A DNA stretch of 64,000 bases from a virus: positions 5,284 to 69,283 of the IMG/VR virus record IMGVR_UViG_3300006802_000094, one strand, 5' to 3'. Shown here in pieces: positions 48,362 through 58,019 of the stretch (positions are counted from its first letter, which is position 1; every line of letters starts with the position of its first letter). Both the position numbers and the translations under genes were made by a program. Below the pieces are notes generated by a model. That model ran no database searches. It had not been told where the DNA came from and saw only the letters and a list, made by a program, of their open reading frames with translations.

Positions 48362-50683
48362 TTACAAAATTTTAGATAAATTATTTTCTTTTTTAACCGT
48401 AATAGTTTGGTCACACCATTCTTTAACTAATGGATTATGTGATATAACAAAAATACGTTCAAAGTAATCTTTTATCTTAGTAAAAAATCTACCAACCAAT
48501 TCTAAATTCTCATCACTAACTTTTCCAAAAGCTTCATCAAAACAAACTATGTTTGGTTTCGGTAAAGCACATACTTTCGATAATACTGAACGTAAAGCTA
48601 AAGAAGCTATTGTTTTTTCATAACCACTACCTGTCGACATTAATTTTTCTATCCCAGTACCATTATCTATCATCCAAAATTCTAGTTCATTTTTATCGTT
48701 AATTCTTAGTTGTAAAGTAAATTCACAACTATCAGAAAGTAATCTATTTAATTCACTATTCAAATATGGTATGGTATTTTTTAATATAATTTTAGATATA
48801 CCATTTTTACCATAAGCTATCAAATAAGCCTTGAATATTTTATCTACTTCTTCTTCTTTTTTTATTTCAACGATTTTATTTTCTTTATCTATAATTTCTT
48901 GTTGTTTTTGTTTTATGTTTGATAAATTCTGAGTTATATTATTTTTGAGTTGGTCTCTTTCTGCTGTCAAAGTTTCAATTAAAGTTCTAGCTGAAATCAA
49001 TTTTTTCTCAATTTCCATATTTTCCTCTAATTTATTTTTATTAGAATGCCAATCATTTAATAAAACAGTTTTTTCTTTTAGTGTAATTTCATTTTCTTTA
49101 ATGTCCAACTCTACTTTTATCTTTCTTAACGATTCTTTTTCGTAAACCTCCCAAGAATTTTTTATTGTATCATATTGAGATATTGTAGTTTCATTTTCAT
49201 TTAATTTAATCTCAATATTATTTAGTTCAGATTCTGTTGAATCTAATTTAACTTTGTTAATCTTTATTTCTTCAGTATGGTCGACATCCTTTAATGGTTG
49301 TTTACACATAGAACATATCTCACCATCTTCTAAGTTTTTAATCAGTTTAGTTAAATTTTTAATTTCAGTATTGTATTCTAATTGTTCTTTAATTAAATTT
49401 TTATTTTCAATTAAAAGAACTTTGTGTTCTGATTCTTGATATTCTGAACTTGGTTTAACCAATTCAATTGAATTTAATTTAGTTTTTAAAATAGAACCTT
49501 CTGTTTTAACTTTATCAATGTCTTCTTGTAAATTCTGTGGATTAACTTTAACTAAATCTGGGTTAATATCATTATGTTTTGATGATATTAATTTTTCTTT
49601 ATATTCTATTCCAGCTTTATTTCTATTTTCTAATGATATTATCTCTAACTCAGCTTTTTTATTTGTTTCTTTTAATTCACTAATTTCTTCTTTAAGTGTA
49701 GAAATTTTATTAGTTAAATCATTTATGTTATAATGGTTAGATATAATCTTTTTACTCCACTGTGAATAAATTTCTTTACAGTTTTCTTCTTTCTTTTTTA
49801 ACTTTTCTAAACCTATAAATCTAGTCAATATTTGACCTCTTTGTGTTGGTTTCGCTTCTAATAAATTTTCTAAATTATTTGCTGTAGTTAAAATTGTTAG
49901 TAAGAAATCATCCATAGTTCCTATGGAATTTTTAAGAAATTCTTCAGTTTCTCTTCTTTGTTCACCTTGCAGATTTTGTAATGAACCATCACTTAATCTT
50001 TTACTTAAATTTAATTCTGTTTTTACTGACCAATCACCTTTTTTAGTTAATCTTCTAATAATACCTCTTTCAATTATAAAACTATCACCATCTATTTCTA
50101 CTTCACCACAAACCAAAACTCTATTCTTGTTTGTGAATCTATTAAACACTTCAATAGCTTTAGAAGATTTGGTTGTTAGATTAAAAAATAAAAATAATAG
50201 TAAATCTACAGTCAAAGTAGTTTTACCTCCAAAATTAGGTGGATTAGAATCAATAGCTGTTATCCCTGGATACTTAGTAAAATCTATTTTGTTGTCTTCA
50301 CCAAAAGATAAAAAATTACTAAATTCAATCCATTTAACAAACCATTTTTTGTTAGAAGTATTTTCTTCTTCTTTGATGTTTTCCTCAACTCTATTATCTA
50401 ATCTAACAAACTTATCCCAATCAACGTTAACATTTTGGTCTTTTAAAAAATCTTTTACTATTTTTTTCTGATATTCCTTGTCTATGATGTTTTCCGTGAC
50501 TTCTTGGGGACTATTAGGCGAGTTTATACCATTCACCTTAGTTATAACATTTACCCTCTCAGAATTGTATTTTTTCTTAAAATAACTTTTTAACCTTTTT
50601 ATTTTTTCTTGGGTAAAGTTTTCTGGTGTATCCTCCCAAGTTACTTTTATAAAAGGATTTTTTAAATTATCTTTATTCAACAT
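48362..50683 (-). CDS. sbcC: SbcC/Rad50/gp46-like recombination ATPase
   Basis: IEFSNFLSFG, NFGGKTT, zinc hook CSMC, SGYEK, VCFDEAFG, FVISH. Confidence 0.9.
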   Translation of the reverse strand: MLNKDNLKNPFIKVTWEDTPENFTQEKIKRLKSYFKKKYNSERVNVITKVNGINSPNSPQEVTENIIDKEYQKKIVKDFLKDQNVNVDWDKFVRLDNRVEENIKEEENTSNKKWFVKWIEFSNFLSFGEDNKIDFTKYPGITAIDSNPPNFGGKTTLTVDLLLFLFFNLTTKSSKAIEVFNRFTNKNRVLVCGEVEIDGDSFIIERGIIRRLTKKGDWSVKTELNLSKRLSDGSLQNLQGEQRRETEEFLKNSIGTMDDFLLTILTTANNLENLLEAKPTQRGQILTRFIGLEKLKKKEENCKEIYSQWSKKIISNHYNINDLTNKISTLKEEISELKETNKKAELEIISLENRNKAGIEYKEKLISSKHNDINPDLVKVNPQNLQEDIDKVKTEGSILKTKLNSIELVKPSSEYQESEHKVLLIENKNLIKEQLEYNTEIKNLTKLIKNLEDGEICSMCKQPLKDVDHTEEIKINKVKLDSTESELNNIEIKLNENETTISQYDTIKNSWEVYEKESLRKIKVELDIKENEITLKEKTVLLNDWHSNKNKLEENMEIEKKLISARTLIETLTAERDQLKNNITQNLSNIKQKQQEIIDKENKIVEIKKEEEVDKIFKAYLIAYGKNGISKIILKNTIPYLNSELNRLLSDSCEFTLQLRINDKNELEFWMIDNGTGIEKLMSTGSGYEKTIASLALRSVLSKVCALPKPNIVCFDEAFGKVSDENLELVGRFFTKIKDYFERIFVISHNPLVKEWCDQTITVKKENNLSKIL

Positions 50684-50685
50684 AT

Positions 50686-51003
50686 TTAATCTTCTTTTAC
50701 TGGTCTATTTTGTTCAAACCATTCGATTATAGCATTTATTCCCCAAACACCACCACTAGCTAACATCCCATCAAAAAAAATGTTACTATAAGGTAATAAT
50801 AAACCAAGTTCATTCGTAGGTGACCAAACCACTAACGAAAAGAAAAATCCTACCCATGTAGATGTACACATCATACACCCTAATAGGTCACCAAAAAATT
50901 TAGATTTTTTACCAATCCATTCACGTTGTTTATCAAAAATACTACCATAAACTAATATTTGTGACATACCATAAGCTGCTATTAACCAAACTAATACTTC
51001 CAT
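50686..51003 (-). CDS. DUF1360-like membrane protein
   Basis: GDLLGCMMCTSTWVG; likely start 51003. Confidence 0.6.
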   Translation of the reverse strand: MEVLVWLIAAYGMSQILVYGSIFDKQREWIGKKSKFFGDLLGCMMCTSTWVGFFFSLVVWSPTNELGLLLPYSNIFFDGMLASGGVWGINAIIEWFEQNRPVKED

Positions 51004-51007
51004 AATT

Positions 51008-51652
51008 TTAATCTTTATATAAATCGTCATTTAATCTCGAAGATTTCAAATGTGTCGCCTTACTACCACTAAACCTACTAAAATGGTTTAACACATCTTC
51101 ATATTCTTCTATTTTATCTTTTAAGGTTTTTATTTCATTTTGTAAAGAAGTTATTTTAGTTTTATCCTCTTTAATTACTTCTTTTGGACTTTCTTTAATA
51201 ATACCTTCCAAAGTTTTAATTTTGCCTTTTAACAACAAGTTGTTATTTTGTGCCTTTACAATTTCTTTGTTTTTTATATCAATGTCTTTTTCCAACTGTC
51301 TCTTTTTTTGAGACAGTTCATTTATTTCGATATCATCCGTAACATAAACTTCTTTTTCAATTATTTTTTCTACTGGAACTTCTTTAATTACATTAACTAT
51401 TTTTTCTACAGGTACCTCTTTAATAACTTCCACAATTTTTTCTACTTCCTTTATCACTTCTTTTTCTACTACTTCCTTACCTGCCTTTATTGGTGTTATT
51501 CCAAATTTTTCAATAGCGAAGCCACCTTTTAAACAATTCATAATAAATGAATCTATATCTTCTATTTTGTTTAACTCACAAAACATTTTGATTTCATTAT
51601 CCAATGTTTTTGGTAAATTAAAAATTTGTGAGTTCTTCTTTTCCATTTTCAA
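51008..51652 (-). CDS. coiled-coil protein with KEVPVEKI repeats
   Basis: VIKEVPVEKI repeats. Confidence 0.75.
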   Translation of the reverse strand: MKMEKKNSQIFNLPKTLDNEIKMFCELNKIEDIDSFIMNCLKGGFAIEKFGITPIKAGKEVVEKEVIKEVEKIVEVIKEVPVEKIVNVIKEVPVEKIIEKEVYVTDDIEINELSQKKRQLEKDIDIKNKEIVKAQNNNLLLKGKIKTLEGIIKESPKEVIKEDKTKITSLQNEIKTLKDKIEEYEDVLNHFSRFSGSKATHLKSSRLNDDLYKD

Positions 51653-52400
51653 TATCTGTAATATCTTTTATTTTAAAATTTAAATAAGGTGAATTATTTT
51701 CAACCTCAATAAAATCATACTTATCTTCTTCAACATAATAAACACCATAACCATGTTTACGAACATTTTCCCCAAAGTTTTGTTGTACGAGTGAACCGAC
51801 CATATAAGCTTTTTTACCATTAGGTATGTTTAAAACTTGATGTTTATGTATGTCACCTGCCAAAACTAAATCACAACCAACAAATTCATTGGTGTTATAA
51901 CCATCGTCAAAAGCAAACCCCATATCAGTAACTAACCCTTGAATAGGTCCGTGAAATAAACCAACATTTAATTTATTATTGTCTGGTGTGAAATCTGGTC
52001 TTTTATTATGATTCATTAAAGAATATACAATCCAATTTATATTCTCATCTTCAACAACACCTGGATTTTTAAAATACATTATATTTTCATTATCCATCGT
52101 ATCTATTATTGGTGTTAAAGCATCTACCCTATCCAAGTTATTTTCTAAAAAATCATGATTGCCAATTAATACTATTGTTGGACAAATTTTAGCACAATTT
52201 GAAAGTGTCCACGTAACCATGTGTATTAATTCTGGAGTCATTTGATTTTTTGAATGTACCAAATCACCAGTAAAAACTATCCTATCTGGTTTTATCTCTG
52301 ACCATTCTTTAAAACACCCACTTAATATATCTTTATACTGTTGGTGGTCTTTATATAATTTAATATGTAAATCTGAAAAATGTATTAACTTATTTATCAT
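51618..52400 (-). CDS. sbcD: SbcD/Mre11/gp47-like nuclease
   Basis: FSDLH, TGDLVH, GNHD, FHG, AGDIHK, GSLVQQNFGE. Confidence 0.9.
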   Translation of the reverse strand: MINKLIHFSDLHIKLYKDHQQYKDILSGCFKEWSEIKPDRIVFTGDLVHSKNQMTPELIHMVTWTLSNCAKICPTIVLIGNHDFLENNLDRVDALTPIIDTMDNENIMYFKNPGVVEDENINWIVYSLMNHNKRPDFTPDNNKLNVGLFHGPIQGLVTDMGFAFDDGYNTNEFVGCDLVLAGDIHKHQVLNIPNGKKAYMVGSLVQQNFGENVRKHGYGVYYVEEDKYDFIEVENNSPYLNFKIKDITDIENGKEELTNF

Positions 52401-53173
52401 AATGTTTTTTTAAATTCTTGTAATAAATTTATTACTTCTTCTCTATAATCTCTACACTTAATAGGTTCATATTTATCATTTTTTTCATTAAACCAAACAA
52501 TATATGAATCACCCAATTTTAAATTTGTATTTTTTTCTATAAGATACTTATATAAAGATAATTGTAATGAATATGTATTATATTCACAAATGTCTAAATG
52601 TTCTAGAGGATACTGAAACTGCTGCCATTTATTATTTCTTTTAATTTCTTTATTAGTCTTCCAATCCCAAATTTGTAACTCATCAACTTTATTATTCCAA
52701 AATAATTGGTCGACCATCCCACATACTTCCAATTCTTCATCACCAACAATTACCTCAGATTTAATTGGGATTAATTTACCGTAGGAATCATCATAAAACT
52801 TATGAAATAAATTTTTTAGTTTATCAAAATCTTTTTTAACATCCTCTTCACCTTCACCCAACATTTTTTTAATTCTTGTATTATCATATGGAAATACTTT
52901 GTTATTCAAATAATTTTCAGCATATTCGTGAAATAAAGTTCCTTTTTCACAAGAATAATCTGATTTATATTTCCATTCAGCTAATACTTCTTCTTTGGTT
53001 ATTCCTCTGTCCTTAGCTTTTTTTTCTGACCAATAATCAGTATCAAATTTTTGTTTAAATGTACCTATAACTTTTGTTACAGAATTCATTTCCTTACCAT
53101 CTATATAATATTTGTGTGGTTCATCCCAATATTTTATGTTATTAAAAACACTTAATTCTACGCTTATATCCAT
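52397..53173 (-). CDS. PD-(D/E)xK exonuclease
   Basis: SVTKVI, GTLFH, GMVDQL, IWDWKT, YSLQLSLY. Confidence 0.85.
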   Translation of the reverse strand: MDISVELSVFNNIKYWDEPHKYYIDGKEMNSVTKVIGTFKQKFDTDYWSEKKAKDRGITKEEVLAEWKYKSDYSCEKGTLFHEYAENYLNNKVFPYDNTRIKKMLGEGEEDVKKDFDKLKNLFHKFYDDSYGKLIPIKSEVIVGDEELEVCGMVDQLFWNNKVDELQIWDWKTNKEIKRNNKWQQFQYPLEHLDICEYNTYSLQLSLYKYLIEKNTNLKLGDSYIVWFNEKNDKYEPIKCRDYREEVINLLQEFKKTL

Positions 53174-54096
53174 TATTTATGTAATTCTAATATTTGTTCT
53201 GGTTTTATTTCTCCATTTAAATCAGCAATGTCTTTGTTGTTTGGTAATTTCACTAATTTAACTCTTCCTCTCAATTTACCACCATTTATTTTTTCATATA
53301 ACTTAACAGCATCATCCCAAGCATCACCATCTAAACAAATTATAATATTTGACTTAGAGTTTTCATATAACTTTTGCCATAAATTATCTGATATAACTTT
53401 ACCTAACAATGGTATTGAATTTTCAACAAAAAACATATCAAATACACCCTCAACCAAATAAATGTCAGATTCCCAATCAATGTGTTGTTCATTGAATATT
53501 ATGTTACTTTTTTCTTGTTGTGGATTTTTGTATTTTAATTTTGTGTTGATATAACTCCTAGCTACAAAAAACTGTAATTCATTATTTTTATTATAAGATG
53601 GCACAATTATTCTAAATTTATATTCACCTTGAGTGGTAAAACCTATCTTATATTTATCAATAATCTCTTTTGTGATATTTCTCTTTTTTAAATAATTCCA
53701 AACTTGTTTTGCTGTTAAATCGTGTTCAGAAACTTCCGTAAGTTTTGTATAACCTATAGGTAACTTTAAATTTTCATTATATTTGTTTTTGGAATATTCT
53801 AAATCTTCTGGATAAAGTAATTGATAATCTCTTATATGGGTTTTATTACCCCACTTTTTAATAAGATTACCAATTCTCCCTTTGGTGTAGTTGGTTTCTG
53901 AACAAGCCCAACATTTGTAAACACCCATCTTATAATTTATCTCTAAATTACCTTTACCATCTCCATGGTCCAAACCTTTTAAGTCATAAGAACAAACAGG
54001 ACAATCAAAGGATATTTGTCCATTGTGTGGGTTATGTTTCTTAACCTCTCCAAATATATCTTCAAGTATTTCAATTATAAGAGTAAAGTCATCCAT
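53173..54096 (-). CDS. DNA primase (Zn finger plus TOPRIM)
   Basis: CPVC...CWAC, YLKKRNI, RIIVP, KYKNP, LVEGVFD, CLDGDA, DIAD. Confidence 0.9.
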   Translation of the reverse strand: MDDFTLIIEILEDIFGEVKKHNPHNGQISFDCPVCSYDLKGLDHGDGKGNLEINYKMGVYKCWACSETNYTKGRIGNLIKKWGNKTHIRDYQLLYPEDLEYSKNKYNENLKLPIGYTKLTEVSEHDLTAKQVWNYLKKRNITKEIIDKYKIGFTTQGEYKFRIIVPSYNKNNELQFFVARSYINTKLKYKNPQQEKSNIIFNEQHIDWESDIYLVEGVFDMFFVENSIPLLGKVISDNLWQKLYENSKSNIIICLDGDAWDDAVKLYEKINGGKLRGRVKLVKLPNNKDIADLNGEIKPEQILELHK

Positions 54097-54102
54097 CTGT
54101 TA

Positions 54103-54130
54103 ATTATAACATTTACAAATGAAATGTCAA
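54103..54130 (-). promoter_or_regulatory. sigma70-consensus promoter, probably giving a leaderless primase mRNA
   Basis: TTGACA-N16-TATAAT, 6 nt before the ATG. Confidence 0.6.
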
Positions 54131-54724
54131 TTACCAGATTTTGTTTTTATGCATATAACCTTTAACACATGTGTATGCGTCAGACATATCATAACACTCT
54201 TTTTTAAGATTACCAGTCCTAGCGTACGGCCAAACTATTTGTGGTTCTTGTTTTTTAACTAATTCCCATACTATATGTTTTTTATCACATCCTTTTGGAT
54301 AACCTCCAAATAATACTTTTTTACCTTTATCATTAAGAGAATATAATGATGGGTGTGCAAACTTTCTGGAATCATAGGTGGAAATTAAATTAGGTGTGAC
54401 ACCTAATATATCGTAGACTGTTTTAACAACCATTGTATTATATCTAAGTAATGTACCTACAGTATAAACATTATTAGAATTTAATAAGGGTTCCTCTATA
54501 ATAACTTTAATTATATTATAGTCTTTTACTTCTTTTAGTTTCTCTTCAAAAGCTACTGATTTTTTAAGTAACTCTTCTATCTTATCTTCTGGTCTTGGAT
54601 TAACTCTAGGTGAGAAATGTGTTAACTCTAAAAGATTTTTAGATTCCATTCCAAACAAAGCCCAACCAATTGTCTTGGTTGATATATCCAGCCCCAGTAT
54701 TTTGGGTTCTTTTTTTAGTGTCAT
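54131..54724 (-). CDS. RuvC-like Holliday junction resolvase
   Basis: ILGLDISTKTIGWA, VIIEEP, YDMSDAY. Confidence 0.8.
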   Translation of the reverse strand: MTLKKEPKILGLDISTKTIGWALFGMESKNLLELTHFSPRVNPRPEDKIEELLKKSVAFEEKLKEVKDYNIIKVIIEEPLLNSNNVYTVGTLLRYNTMVVKTVYDILGVTPNLISTYDSRKFAHPSLYSLNDKGKKVLFGGYPKGCDKKHIVWELVKKQEPQIVWPYARTGNLKKECYDMSDAYTCVKGYMHKNKIW

Positions 54725-55816
54725 TTAAAATCTAAATTTCAAATTAAAGAAAGTAGGATTGTTATAATACTTTTCTATTGGTTTATCGGGTTTAGCTATC
54801 GCTAACATATCCCCATTAGTATCATACAACCCAACTTCACTAATGTAAACTGGTTTGTTAACAGAAAATAATTCATATTCCCCATCAGCATTTACTGTTG
54901 GGTTCAAATCCGCAGCTGTTGGATTTTTAGTTGCTCCAAATTCTCCAGACCCCGCTTCACATAAAACATTTAATACCCATTGTTTTTCAAAACTAAAATA
55001 AGTAACTGAAGAATCTGCTGTAAAACTAACTTGAGTTAAACCACTATATGTATACCCTGTACCAGCAGTTGATGCTGACCAGTTAATACTTTGTGTTGCA
55101 GCTGAATCAGTAATAACAATAAATCCTTTATCTAAATAACATATTCCAATTGGTTGGTCTAAACCTATAGTTGCTCCAGATGAACTAAGTGCTACTTTTT
55201 TGTCTTGAGCAAAACTAAAAAACGTAGTAGCGTCTGGATATCCAGCTGGTGGAGATGATGTAGTATACCCATCTGCCCAACTTCCTCCTCCTGCTGGTGC
55301 ACGAAATTTATCAGAAAATAAAAAAGCTACATTAGTACTAGGAGTTTCAACATCTGGATTAGGATACCCTAAATTTAATGCTGATGTATGTCCGAAATAT
55401 TCAGCTTCTTGACTAGGGTCACTAGATGCATCATAAGCTAAATAATAAGAACTATAACAATCAAATGTACCACCAGTAATGTAAGGTAAAGTTAATTTAA
55501 TTGTTCTTCCATCTATAAGTTCACCATAACTATCTTTAGGTATTTCTATAACCACAACATTATCATCATTCTCAATATTTTCTAAAGCGTTAGAACTCCA
55601 TTCTATATCCCAAGAATTAACAATAAAGTTAGCTGCTGGTAAATTAAATGAAGAGTATAGATTAGAGAAAGGTCTACCATTATTTGGGTCTCTCTGAGCG
55701 ACAGTAAATTTTAAATCACTCCCATTTACTTCATTATATCCATTTACTGAAAATGAATTACCAAAAGGTACTATTTCACTATCTACTGTTTTACTTGATA
55801 CTGGTTTAAAATCCAT
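54725..55816 (-). CDS. baseplate/tail structural protein
   Basis: C-terminal ISEVGLYDTNGDMLAIAKPDKP motif. Confidence 0.65.
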   Translation of the reverse strand: MDFKPVSSKTVDSEIVPFGNSFSVNGYNEVNGSDLKFTVAQRDPNNGRPFSNLYSSFNLPAANFIVNSWDIEWSSNALENIENDDNVVVIEIPKDSYGELIDGRTIKLTLPYITGGTFDCYSSYYLAYDASSDPSQEAEYFGHTSALNLGYPNPDVETPSTNVAFLFSDKFRAPAGGGSWADGYTTSSPPAGYPDATTFFSFAQDKKVALSSSGATIGLDQPIGICYLDKGFIVITDSAATQSINWSASTAGTGYTYSGLTQVSFTADSSVTYFSFEKQWVLNVLCEAGSGEFGATKNPTAADLNPTVNADGEYELFSVNKPVYISEVGLYDTNGDMLAIAKPDKPIEKYYNNPTFFNLKFRF

Positions 55817-55856
55817 TTTTATATATTTTTTTAATCTTTTATATTAATTAACCCTA

Positions 55857-56288
55857 TTATGTAGTGGTTATTGGTCTTGGTCTACCATTAGTTGTTGTAT
55901 TTCTTCTTAATGGCATTAATGTTTGACCATCTGATGATAAAGTTAAAAATTGTGCCCCTTGAAAATCTAACTTAATTACTAATCTTGGGTCAGTAATACC
56001 GTTTAAATTACTTTGGTATTTAACTGCTGGTGTATAAGCGAGTAAATTAACTCCACCATTAACTTCATCACCTTTTTGATTTTCTACCGAAATAAATAAA
56101 GTTTTCACATGGTTAGCAGCTTCTACTTCACCAATAGTGTGTACATTATTTCCACTTATGGTCCCTTCTGAACTATTTGATGCGTCACTATAACTAGTAC
56201 CAGCACCATACTGTAATGGAGTAACCCCATTTGGTGTATTCCCAAATTGACCTATAAAATTATCTATTATTGTTTTAATTGTTGCCAT
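55857..56288 (-). CDS. putative structural protein
   Basis: Thr/Gly/Asn-rich, within the structural block. Confidence 0.55.
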   Translation of the reverse strand: MATIKTIIDNFIGQFGNTPNGVTPLQYGAGTSYSDASNSSEGTISGNNVHTIGEVEAANHVKTLFISVENQKGDEVNGGVNLLAYTPAVKYQSNLNGITDPRLVIKLDFQGAQFLTLSSDGQTLMPLRRNTTTNGRPRPITTT

Positions 56289-56290
56289 TT

Positions 56291-57964
56291 TTATGTTATT
56301 GAACTACTATTAAATATAGCGTAACCACCAGTGGTAGTAGAAGCTAATGGGTTTATTGTGTAATCTAAAACAGAAGCACCTGCTCCAAAGAATTTATTTT
56401 GTGTTTTAGTAGAATCCCAAACTAATATCTGAGCAGGAGATGTAGCTGTTGGTTGTAAATATGTAAAATTCTCAAATAATGCTTTTAAACTAAAATTAAC
56501 ATTTACCACTAACACAGCTGCCGCAACCTCTGGTCTATCACTATTAGTTATTTCAAATTTAAATGGAATGTTATATTCTTTTTGTAAACCAGTTCCACTC
56601 GTAGTGATAAAATTGCTAGTTGTTGGGTCTACAGTTAAAGCTTCAAAGAAATCTATGGTGTGTTCTATCAATAATGACAATCCAGTTTTTGGTTCTCTTA
56701 ATTCACCAAAAGGTTTACTAGGTGAGAATATTTTATCATAAGTTCTAGCTTCATTTTTTATTGTGTACATCGCAGTACCAGATAAAAACTTACTTAAAGT
56801 ACTTATTGGTGCTGTGTTATCGGTTAAATTTCTACCTACAGCTGTACCAGATTCAGACTTAAAGTTTGTTGTATTATTACTATTAATTTGATTAGTTTGA
56901 AGTGGGAAATAAGCGTTTGTATTTGGGTCTCTTGGTAATACTATTCTACCCATAGGCACTAATGTATTTAAAGAACGACCTTTACCTTGTATAAACCTAC
57001 TATTAAAACTAGGATTTTGTACATCAAATATGTTATACATACCACCAACTTCATTGTAAAAACCATATGAAGGATAATAAGTTACATTTTCAATCAACTG
57101 TCCAAACATATAACCATAATCCATATAAGTACCTAAACTTAATGTCATCTCACCAGAACCAACAAAAGCCTGATTTTTAATATTCTTAAATGTGTTATTA
57201 GTTAAAGCAAATGGTGAATATATTGTTGTAGCCTTTCTTCTTAATCCTCTTTGAGCACCTTTTTCTGTAACTTCTTGATTCTGTGAAGTAACATAAGCTC
57301 CTCCAAAAAATATAGGAAATAATCTAGAAGTTTCACCAACTAATTTAATTTCATTATTTGATGGATTATATGAATTTTTTTCTTGGGTAAAGAATTTATC
57401 ACTTATTTTTAATCCAATTCCTCTACCTTTATTTTCCATAGCGTCAAATAAACCACCAATGTTTAAAGACCAAGCTTTACCAGAAGGTTGGAATATAGTA
57501 TCAAAATAACCAGTGAAATCAGTTTTAGTTAAATTGCTCCAATTGTGACTTCCTATTTCTGAAAAAGCAGCAACTCGTAAAGCTGTAAACCAATCGTGTA
57601 AATATAAGTTAGTTGTAACTCTACTTCCCCATACTGGTGTATTAGTGTCTGGGTCAATATAACTAATCATCATTTTAGACATTAGTTGTTGGTTACTTAA
57701 TGAAGTACCCCCTTCAACATAAGTTATTTTATTTCTTATTTCGTAACCATCATTAACACCAAAAATACAATTATTATGATTTCCAGTTACATCTGGGACA
57801 TATCCAGAATCTAAATTTAGATAGTTTCGATAATCTTTATCAGTATCCCCTAAAGCAAATTTAACTATTTTGTCAGCTAAACTTCCTTGTAAAAGAAATT
57901 GTCTACCCTTTTCAGTCATGTGAAGGTCTAAATACTGTGTAGTTGCACTTGTTATATATCCCAT
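56291..57964 (-). CDS. baseplate/tail structural protein
   Basis: N-terminal MTEKGRQFLL...IVKFALGDTDKDY. Confidence 0.65.
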   Translation of the reverse strand: MGYITSATTQYLDLHMTEKGRQFLLQGSLADKIVKFALGDTDKDYRNYLNLDSGYVPDVTGNHNNCIFGVNDGYEIRNKITYVEGGTSLSNQQLMSKMMISYIDPDTNTPVWGSRVTTNLYLHDWFTALRVAAFSEIGSHNWSNLTKTDFTGYFDTIFQPSGKAWSLNIGGLFDAMENKGRGIGLKISDKFFTQEKNSYNPSNNEIKLVGETSRLFPIFFGGAYVTSQNQEVTEKGAQRGLRRKATTIYSPFALTNNTFKNIKNQAFVGSGEMTLSLGTYMDYGYMFGQLIENVTYYPSYGFYNEVGGMYNIFDVQNPSFNSRFIQGKGRSLNTLVPMGRIVLPRDPNTNAYFPLQTNQINSNNTTNFKSESGTAVGRNLTDNTAPISTLSKFLSGTAMYTIKNEARTYDKIFSPSKPFGELREPKTGLSLLIEHTIDFFEALTVDPTTSNFITTSGTGLQKEYNIPFKFEITNSDRPEVAAAVLVVNVNFSLKALFENFTYLQPTATSPAQILVWDSTKTQNKFFGAGASVLDYTINPLASTTTGGYAIFNSSSIT

Positions 57965-58019
57965 TTTATTGTTTCTTATTATATAATTATCTTAATTTTT
58001 ATTTCTTGAATGTAAATCT

